Origin: a virus
Lineage: Duplodnaviria > Caudoviricetes
Virus record (IMG/VR): IMGVR_UViG_3300025864_000003
Coordinates: 1 to 51,736 of that record
Length of the DNA: 51,736 nucleotides
Strand: one strand, 5' to 3'
A program made the position numbers and the translations under genes. The notes below the pieces were generated by a model, which saw nothing but the letters and a program-made list of their open reading frames with translations, was not told the DNA's origin and did no database searches. Within the stretch, counting starts at the first letter, position 1, and every line of letters begins with the position of its first letter. Below are positions 28,668-34,930 of the stretch, piece by piece.

Positions 28668-28858
28668 TGGGATGCGACCATCCATATCGCAACGAACTCG
28701 CCGGTCAGGACATGTGGATTTGCCGCATCTGTGGGAACATAGGTCGCGATGAAGAGATTCTCTATACGGCCGTGCAGGCAAGAGAGGCTTCTCGTGACGA
28801 ACTAGAGACCGAGATAGAGAGACTTCGTAGCATCATTGATAAGTACAGAGGACTATGA
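28664..28858 (+). CDS. Small Zn-ribbon/coiled-coil protein
   Basis: CDH...CRICG; coupled to neighbouring genes. Confidence 0.6.
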   Translation: MMGCDHPYRNELAGQDMWICRICGNIGRDEEILYTAVQAREASRDELETEIERLRSIIDKYRGL

Positions 28859-28859
28859 C

Positions 28860-29384
28860 ATGACCATTTTCTTCACCTCAGACCTGCACCTCGACCACTG
28901 GGCCGAGTGGCTGCAAAAACAACGCCACGAATTTCACAGTGTCGGGGAAATGAACAGCGTCCTCTTCTCGAACATCCTTCGCACCGTAAACTCCCGGGAT
29001 GAACTGTACGTTCTTGGAGACTTCGCCTGGCGTCCAGATACATTCAAGGCATACGCGGCAGCACTGGAGGCGTTATGCACGGTGCACTGGGTGCAGGGCA
29101 ACCACGATCCGAAGGTGCGACACGACCCACTGGCGCTGGACTTCCGCTACGGAAAGAAGCACTGGTATGTCTGCCACTACCCGTGGCAGTCCTTCAGACC
29201 GAACACGGTGATGCTGCACGGGCACTGTCACGCGAGAGACATAGGTGTTTCGGAAGACACTCGTCAACGTATGAGATACGATGTCGGAGTAGATGCGGAG
29301 TGGGGAGGGAGAAAGTACTTTCCAGTGTCCATCGAACAGATCGAGGCACGCATTCACAACACACAGCTAAAGTACCCAGTATAA
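28860..29384 (+). CDS. Calcineurin-like metallophosphoesterase
   Basis: SDLHLDH, LGDF, GNHD, CHYP, LHGHCH, DVGVD motifs. Confidence 0.92.
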   Translation: MTIFFTSDLHLDHWAEWLQKQRHEFHSVGEMNSVLFSNILRTVNSRDELYVLGDFAWRPDTFKAYAAALEALCTVHWVQGNHDPKVRHDPLALDFRYGKKHWYVCHYPWQSFRPNTVMLHGHCHARDIGVSEDTRQRMRYDVGVDAEWGGRKYFPVSIEQIEARIHNTQLKYPV

Positions 29385-29402
29385 CCGAGGAGGAGTAACG
29401 TA

Positions 29403-30173
29403 ATGGCAGACGCAAAGACACGAGAGCTGACCACCGCAGAAATAGATGCTAGTGTTGCCAAGGCCAACGCCGAGGCTGTCGCGGCACTTGCTGAGGCGGA
29501 GAAGCATAATTCGGAGTCGAAGAAGTACATTGCCGATGCGCGCAAACTATCGGCCGAAGCGATGAGAGCCGAGTGCTTTGCCAAGACCGAGGCCATTGAC
29601 CTTGAGCGTAATCAGGAACTACGCAGACGTGAGTTGTCTCAGGACACATTCCACCACGTTTACCAGTTCATGGGCAAGGTGTCTGAATCGTCAGTCGCCA
29701 CGGCGGTACGTGAGCTTAGTTACTGGAACCGCGACTGTCCTGGGTGCGACATCGAGATTGTCTTGAACAGTCCGGGCGGCGAGGTGATTGCGGGTATGGC
29801 GATGTTCGACTATCTCCAGTTCCTGCGCAGCAAGGGTCACGACATCACGACGGTCTGCATCGGTTATGCGGCCAGCATGGCCGGGATATTGCTACAGGCC
29901 GGTGATACCCGTGTGATGGGGCGCGAGTCCTATGTCCTAATCCATGAAGTCAGCTTCGGTGCTGGCGGCAAGATTGGAGAGGTCGAGGACGAGGTTGCCT
30001 TTGTTCGCAAGATTCAGGAACGCGTTCTCAACATCTTCAGCAAGAGGTCCCTGGAGGCTCAACCCAAGACGGGTCTCACCGTCAAGCAGTTTGCAAATCG
30101 CTGGCGCCGTAAGGACTGGTGGGTCGACTCAGACGAGGCCATGAAACTCGGCATCGTGGACATGGTAAGGTAA
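29403..30173 (+). CDS. clpP: ClpP-family serine protease with N-terminal coiled-coil extension
   Basis: LNSPGG, GYAASMA (Ser), LIHE (His), DWW...EAMKLGIVD (Asp). Confidence 0.9.
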   Translation: MADAKTRELTTAEIDASVAKANAEAVAALAEAEKHNSESKKYIADARKLSAEAMRAECFAKTEAIDLERNQELRRRELSQDTFHHVYQFMGKVSESSVATAVRELSYWNRDCPGCDIEIVLNSPGGEVIAGMAMFDYLQFLRSKGHDITTVCIGYAASMAGILLQAGDTRVMGRESYVLIHEVSFGAGGKIGEVEDEVAFVRKIQERVLNIFSKRSLEAQPKTGLTVKQFANRWRRKDWWVDSDEAMKLGIVDMVR

Positions 30174-30364
30174 AGAAGACTACCGGACAGTAGCGGCTTA
30201 TGCCGTGGAGCCGGTGCCGGGCACTCGCGATGAAGGACGCTTCAGAGACGGCGACCGTCCATTGGTAAGACCCGATTGGCACATGTGAGACGGAAAAAGG
30301 CGCGAGGGCGACAGGCGGCCTGGTAATAGGGGGGTCGCCTGGCCAATTCCGATAGAGGAGGGAC

Positions 30365-30547
30365 ATGAAGAAGTTGCTACCACCGTTCCACAGGGTGATG
30401 GAGAATGAGGGAGAGTGTGACCTTGCCAACGATAGGATAGCTTTCTTGGAAATCCGTCCGACCGTTGCTATCATTAATCCCAGCTCCGCCATGGAGGTTA
30501 CGGGCTGGGACGCGGACAATCGTCTTCTGACGATTACCTGTACTTAG
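30365..30547 (+). CDS. Hypothetical protein
   Basis: SD GAGGAGG; 60 aa. Confidence 0.6.
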   Translation: MKKLLPPFHRVMENEGECDLANDRIAFLEIRPTVAIINPSSAMEVTGWDADNRLLTITCT

Positions 30548-30557
30548 TTTGTGGGTG

Positions 30558-30563
30558 TATAAT
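30558..30563 (+). promoter_or_regulatory. -10 element (TATAAT) upstream of the tmRNA-like RNA
   Basis: Perfect TATAAT 8 nt before the RNA 5' G; no clear -35. Confidence 0.6.
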
Positions 30564-30571
30564 GAGAGAAA

Positions 30572-30651
30572 GGGGGCGGACTGGCTTCGACAGCGGATAA
30601 AGCCAAAGAGCAATCTGCTGGACACGCGTTCGATTCGCGTCGCCTCCACCA
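30572..30651 (+). ncRNA. Minimal tmRNA-like RNA (tRNA-like domain only, Ala identity)
   Basis: GGGGGCG/CGCCTCC-ACCA acceptor with G3:U70 and A73; stemless D-loop GACTGGCTTCGA; CAGCGGAT/ATCTGCTG stem; GAC linker; T-arm ACGCG-TTCGATT-CGCGT. Confidence 0.85.
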
Positions 30652-30674
30652 TCATCCCACAGAAGGAGTTACAC

Positions 30675-30806
30675 ATGGCCACGTTCAAGAAGGACCCCAA
30701 GAAACCCGCAGTCAAGAAGGGCGTTCCAAATGCAAAGCCCATCCCGATGGTGAAGAAGAAAATTTACAAGACCAAAGTCGGTCCTGTGAAGAAGACCAAG
30801 AAATAG
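30675..30806 (+). CDS. Lys-rich basic micro-protein (43 aa)
   Basis: SD AAGGAG; MATFKKDPKKPAVKK...KKTKK. Confidence 0.7.
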   Translation: MATFKKDPKKPAVKKGVPNAKPIPMVKKKIYKTKVGPVKKTKK

Positions 30807-30815
30807 GAGGACTAC

Positions 30816-30995
30816 ATGTTAGAACAGAAGACTACGGCATTCCAGCCAGCGAAGAAGACCCCCGTGGCCCCCGTTCCGGAGGTGGAGGCTCCACAGCCAG
30901 AAGAGGCTCATTTAGTCACTTGTCTCTACTGTGGTGCACAGTCTTCCGTAGATAGGGAGACGTGTTTCGCCTGTTCTTGTGTGTTGAAGAGGTAA
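30816..30995 (+). CDS. Small Zn-ribbon protein (59 aa)
   Basis: SD AGGAGG; CLYCG...CFAC; read manually. Confidence 0.7.
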   Translation: MLEQKTTAFQPAKKTPVAPVPEVEAPQPEEAHLVTCLYCGAQSSVDRETCFACSCVLKR

Positions 30996-31128
30996 ACGCT
31001 GTAAGGCGTTACGGGCGGTTCCGAGTGTGACTCGGGGGGCCGCCGGGGCGGTCTCGGTTCAAGCCCACATCAGCTTGTGGAGATGTGGACGCCGGGGTCG
31101 CCTCTTTCCATTATCAAAGGAGCACATC

Positions 31129-31302
31129 ATGAAGGAAATGTACATCTGGGTGAGAGATGAGTACAACGTCGTTGATCCACCGGACTCTCCCGACCGCATT
31201 GTGCGGGCCTATGATAAGAACACCAGCGAACTCGTCGGCGAGTGGCCCGAAGGCGGGTCCTTCCCGCAGGTGATAAGGGATGCGTATTCCCTACTCTCCT
31301 GA
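31129..31302 (+). CDS. Hypothetical protein (57 aa)
   Basis: SD AAGGAG; MKEMYIWVRDEY... Confidence 0.65.
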   Translation: MKEMYIWVRDEYNVVDPPDSPDRIVRAYDKNTSELVGEWPEGGSFPQVIRDAYSLLS

Positions 31303-31754
31303 GCACAGCGTACCCCCCTTCTGACCACCCTCTTTGTCCACGTTATACTGTGGGAGGGTAAGGAGCCCGGAGAGGGTAGGAAAATAAAAAAATATATGAA
31401 AAAAGAGTCCTCCTTCTTTGTGCAGGAAGAAGCACCCCGATGGGGGTGGGTAACACGAGTACGTCGTGTGAAGGCAAGGACATATGGAAGTCAACTACAT
31501 TGCGCTGTGGATAAGCCCCTGAATAATTTACCCTGTGTATAGTGTACCCTTCTGTTCGCATCACCCGGCCTATTGTTGTTATTTATGTGATATAAAACAT
31601 AATAAACACAGAAACAAACAGAAATGCACAGGAATCAGGGTATCCCTGCCCCTCCTACCCCCCGTCCCCTCCCCTCCCCTACTCACTATCGCCTTGGCAT
31701 TACATGTTATGTTACTATATGTGCATGTATAATCATATAGAGTAGTAGGGGTGC

Positions 31755-32062
31755 GGCGCGTGCATCCATGCGTGCGTGCATACGCACACTATGTGCATGT
31801 ATGTGTGTGTGTATCATGCATGTGCATGCGTGTGCATGTGCATGCGTGTGTGTGTAGTGCGTGTAGTACGTGTGCTGTACTGCTGTTGTATGTGCTGTAG
31901 TATACGCTATGCTATGTGCTGTTGTATGTGCTATGCTATGCTGTATGCTATGTGCTAAGTTAGATGCTAAGTTATCTTCTCATCTATGGCATAGAATATG
32001 TCATATGCTATATGCTGTAGTACATGCTATATTACGTGCTATGCTATATGCTGTTATACGCA
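31755..32062. repeat. Low-complexity tract: alternating purine-pyrimidine (TG/CA) run followed by TATGC/TGCT-type short repeats
   Basis: Directly visible GTGCATGTGCATGCGTGTGTGT... and ...GCTATGCTATGCTGTATGCTATGTGCT... Confidence 0.9.
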
Positions 32063-32226
32063 ATCGTGCTAGGCTGCCTGCTTTACGCGCGGTACTGCGC
32101 GCCCATAGAGCCTCACGCGGTACGGCGTGCGAAGCCCTGCGTATGCAGTCCTTATGGACTATGCGCGCGCACAGTCCTTTTGGACTGCGAATTCTTTACC
32201 AAAGAACGGTAAAGGCTCCCAAACCC

Positions 32227-32283
32227 CTCTCTCACTCTTATTGACTCTTGAACGCAGTGAAAGAGTCAATAAGAGAGAGAGAG
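32227..32283. repeat. 23-bp-arm inverted repeat (1 mismatch, 11-nt spacer)
   Basis: CTCTCTCaCTCTTATTGACTCTT-gaacgcagtga-AAGAGTCAATAAGAGaGAGAGAG. Confidence 0.9.
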
Positions 32284-32295
32284 AAGGAGCCCGAA

Positions 32296-32721
32296 ATGTC
32301 CAAGTCAGCCTCAGCAGCCTCTCCAACAGTCGCAACGAAGCCCGTTCGCAAGGTCCACACCATCCGGCCCGTCAAGGCGAAGGCGCTGACGAGTGCGGTG
32401 GAAGGCGCAGCCGCATATGCAGCCTACCAGCACCAGCACAAGGCGACACCAGCGAAGGCTGATTGGAATAAGATCGTCCAGCAGATTGGCCTCAGCCTTG
32501 GCTACCTGCGTGTCCCGTATGCCTTCGGGCTCACGTTGCTCCCGGTGTGGACGGCTGCGTACAAGGCCGCTCAGAAGGGACACGTTCCTGCCAAGCCTGT
32601 CACCATCCCCAAGAAGGCTCCCAAGGCTCCCGCGAAGGCAAAGCCTTCCAGCGAGCCCACGTACACAAAGGCTCAGGTTGCTGAGGCCGTCGCCGCCGCA
32701 ATTGCGAGCCTGACTGCGTAA
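32296..32721 (+). CDS. Ala/Lys/Pro-rich basic protein, first gene of the putative early region
   Basis: SD AAGGAG, strongly biased codon usage, PKKAPKAPAKAK repeats. Confidence 0.8.
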   Translation: MSKSASAASPTVATKPVRKVHTIRPVKAKALTSAVEGAAAYAAYQHQHKATPAKADWNKIVQQIGLSLGYLRVPYAFGLTLLPVWTAAYKAAQKGHVPAKPVTIPKKAPKAPAKAKPSSEPTYTKAQVAEAVAAAIASLTA

Positions 32722-32764
32722 GCTCACCACACATACGGGGCTCACGCTCACATAGGTGAGCCCC

Positions 32765-32820
32765 CAGGTCCGTGCAGGGTGGTGCCTGCACGCCGATGAC
32801 GCCAGCCTAGGCGAAACCTG
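32765..32820 (+). ncRNA. Type III hammerhead ribozyme, variant core (HH1)
   Basis: CAGGT-C^ CGTGCAGG-gtggtg-CCTGCACG CCGATGA c GCC-agccta-GGC GAAA CCTG; all three stems pair; GUC site at 32768-32770. Confidence 0.8.
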
Positions 32821-33241
32821 AGCTAGCCTCCTTCATATAGGCATGAAGTGTAGCAAGGCGAAGACGAAGAGAACTACAATACGTTCCGAGCCATGGGTGC
32901 GACCGGGAACACGGTAACCCATGGGGTGCCTACCACCAATACAGGTGGAGTGCGTACCCGCTTTCAGCGGGGTCCACAGGCCAGACTCGGCAGGGCGAAG
33001 ACACATGTACCCAACATGCACGGGCATTTTACGTGTGTCTATGGCAAGCCCTGAAGCACTCCGAGCAGTACCCGTCTGTCTGCGCCTAAGGGTGAGGACA
33101 TGGGGAAGCCACGTGAGGAACGTGGGTGCAGGAAGAAAAGCATTTGGCGGAGGACGCGTATGAAGGTGAGGACATAGGATGGCAGCCTACAACGGCAGCA
33201 TAGCCGTATAAAGCACGCCTAATACTCACATAACATTACGA

Positions 33242-33318
33242 GTGACGGTAGCATAATTGGATAATGCCTTAGGATGTGGCCCTAAGCGATGTGGGTCCGA
33301 GCCCCACCCGTCACTCCA
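33242..33318 (+). tRNA. tRNA-His(GUG), non-canonical
   Basis: Acceptor GTGACGG/CCGTCAC, D-arm GCAT/ATGC, anticodon arm TTAGG-ATGTGGC-CCTAA, T-arm GTGGG-TCCGAGC-CCCAC, encoded CCA. Confidence 0.9.
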
Positions 33319-33381
33319 GTTCGTACATAGATGGTTGAGCCCAAAGGGCTCCTGATGATGGCCCGAAAGCCGAAACCGAAC
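33319..33381 (+). ncRNA. Type III hammerhead ribozyme (HH2) immediately 3' of tRNA-His
   Basis: GGT-T^ GAGCC-caaag-GGCTC CTGATGA t GGC-ccgaaa-GCC GAAA CC; stem III can extend via GTTCG/CGAAC. Confidence 0.8.
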
Positions 33382-33395
33382 ATGGAGGCGCGTAG

Positions 33396-33560
33396 ATGCG
33401 TGGCGATGGTCTGATAGCGTGTGAGATATGCGGGCAAGACATACTCGTAGTTTCCGCCATGTGGCACGAGTGTGCCTGTGCAGATAAGCAGGGTGTAACG
33501 ACACCCTTGTGCCAGGAATGTGACAAAGAGAACCCAACGGGCGATTGCCCGAATGACTAG
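33396..33560 (+). CDS. Small Cys-rich Zn-finger protein (54 aa)
   Basis: SD GGAGG; CEICG...LCQEC; read manually. Confidence 0.7.
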   Translation: MRGDGLIACEICGQDILVVSAMWHECACADKQGVTTPLCQECDKENPTGDCPND

Positions 33561-33570
33561 GAAGGATATC

Positions 33571-33744
33571 ATGACGCTTCACACACAAGAGGCTGCTATA
33601 GAATATCAATACGAATGTGCACATGCCTCGGATGAGTTCCTGGAGGAAGACGAGTCGGTTAGCACCGACGAGAGTGCGTTCACCTGCGTCATCTGTGGGT
33701 GTAATGAAGTGTTCGTGGACGGCAAGTTCGAGTGTGGGTGCTGA
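33571..33744 (+). CDS. Small acidic Zn-ribbon protein
   Basis: SD GGAAGG; CVICGC...ECGC. Confidence 0.6.
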   Translation: MTLHTQEAAIEYQYECAHASDEFLEEDESVSTDESAFTCVICGCNEVFVDGKFECGC

Positions 33745-33745
33745 C

Positions 33746-33901
33746 ATGGATGACCTGGACAAGATAGCATACGATGATCTGTGGGCGGAATTTGAGAAGC
33801 TGAAGGACTTCTGCTGGAAAGAGACATTTCGTGCGGATGATGCTGAGGCCAAGATAGAGCGCCTTGTGGCCGCAGAGCGGATTTGCAGGGGAAGGTGCTA
33901 A
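33746..33901 (+). CDS. Small coiled-coil protein
   Basis: MDDLDKIAYDDLWAEFEKLK...; coupled to the upstream stop. Confidence 0.55.
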   Translation: MDDLDKIAYDDLWAEFEKLKDFCWKETFRADDAEAKIERLVAAERICRGRC

Positions 33902-34228
33902 CATGACCGCACAACACAAGGCTGAGAAGGAGGCTCGACTGGCTGCCTACGCAGCAGCACTTGCAATCTGGAAGGCGTTGGATGCACACACCGAGCTGAG
34001 CGAGACGGTGCGACGTGCAAGGAAGAAGCTGACATGAGGACGCCACGGCGCAAGGTGACGTGCCCGATTTGTGGGGGGAGATGCTGACATGAGCGAGGAC
34101 GCATACAGGGGGTTGGACCCCGACATCAGCGAACAGTATGTGCTAACACAGTTCTATGCAGGCATGGAAAAGCTGGAAGTATACCTCACAAAGCAGGCCG
34201 CGTTTGATGAGTATGTGAAGGATGGTGA

Positions 34229-34411
34229 GTGATGGGGTGGCCGCAGGTTGCAGGTATAGCGGGAACACTGCTGCTTATGGTCTTCTTCATCGCAGCATAT
34301 ACGTGGACGACACTAAGCGATTGGCGCTTCAACCGCCGACTCAAGAGAGACTACCCGGATTTGTGGCAAAAACGCCTTGATCGTGAGGCAAACAGGAAGC
34401 AGGGAAACTGA
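34229..34411 (+). CDS. Small membrane protein
   Basis: N-terminal TM helix, basic tail. Confidence 0.6.
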   Translation: MMGWPQVAGIAGTLLLMVFFIAAYTWTTLSDWRFNRRLKRDYPDLWQKRLDREANRKQGN

Positions 34412-34647
34412 TGTACGCTGATGACCTAGCAATTGGACTGTCGTACAAGTATAGCAACGAGTATGTAGGCTACTGGAAAAAGGCATACCTTGATGGACGC
34501 GAAAGTTACGAGGATTTCGTATCCATTCGTGATTATGTGATGGAGCTTGTTGGCCTCACGTTCCAGCCCGGAATTGTAATGGTGCAGAGTCACGGTTCGA
34601 TCAAGCCAATACATGTGGATAATCTGAAGCTGACATGCGCAGAATGA
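34411..34647 (+). CDS. Hypothetical protein
   Basis: TGATG-coupled; SH3-like C-terminal pattern (IHVDNLKL). Confidence 0.6.
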   Translation: MYADDLAIGLSYKYSNEYVGYWKKAYLDGRESYEDFVSIRDYVMELVGLTFQPGIVMVQSHGSIKPIHVDNLKLTCAE

Positions 34648-34916
34648 GCGCACTTGACAACTACCGCAGAGTTTGGCCATGCGGAGAAGTCTCCGGACTC
34701 GCTGAGGCCGCCATCAGGGAGCTGGAGGACGAGATCAAACAGCTAAAGGAGGAATACGCTGATCTCAGTGCACACTTTGATGCACAGATGACAGCCGAGA
34801 ATAGATTGAATGAACTGGTCGACTCTGGAGTGCTGGGTAGCCTTCCATCCTATACGGATGACCCCGGAGATCGTCGCTATCCCCGTAGTCAGTCGTTCAT
34901 ACAAGAAACATTCTGA
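34644..34916 (+). CDS. Coiled-coil hypothetical protein
   Basis: ATGA-coupled; AEAAIRELEDEIKQLKEE. Confidence 0.6.
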   Translation: MSALDNYRRVWPCGEVSGLAEAAIRELEDEIKQLKEEYADLSAHFDAQMTAENRLNELVDSGVLGSLPSYTDDPGDRRYPRSQSFIQETF

Positions 34917-34930
34917 GGAGGTTGCGGACA

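Noticed and set aside
30572-30651. Ordinary tRNA-Ala
   Set aside because: No D-stem and no 7-nt anticodon loop; the D-loop and linker match tmRNA instead.
31776-32244. Cys/Met/Tyr-rich ORFs in the ORF track
   Set aside because: They are translations of the low-complexity repeat tract and lack an SD.
32905-32950. SAM-I-riboswitch-like CGGTAACC...GGTGCC
   Set aside because: GGCAACC is altered, and the AUC..GAG and kink-turn elements are missing.
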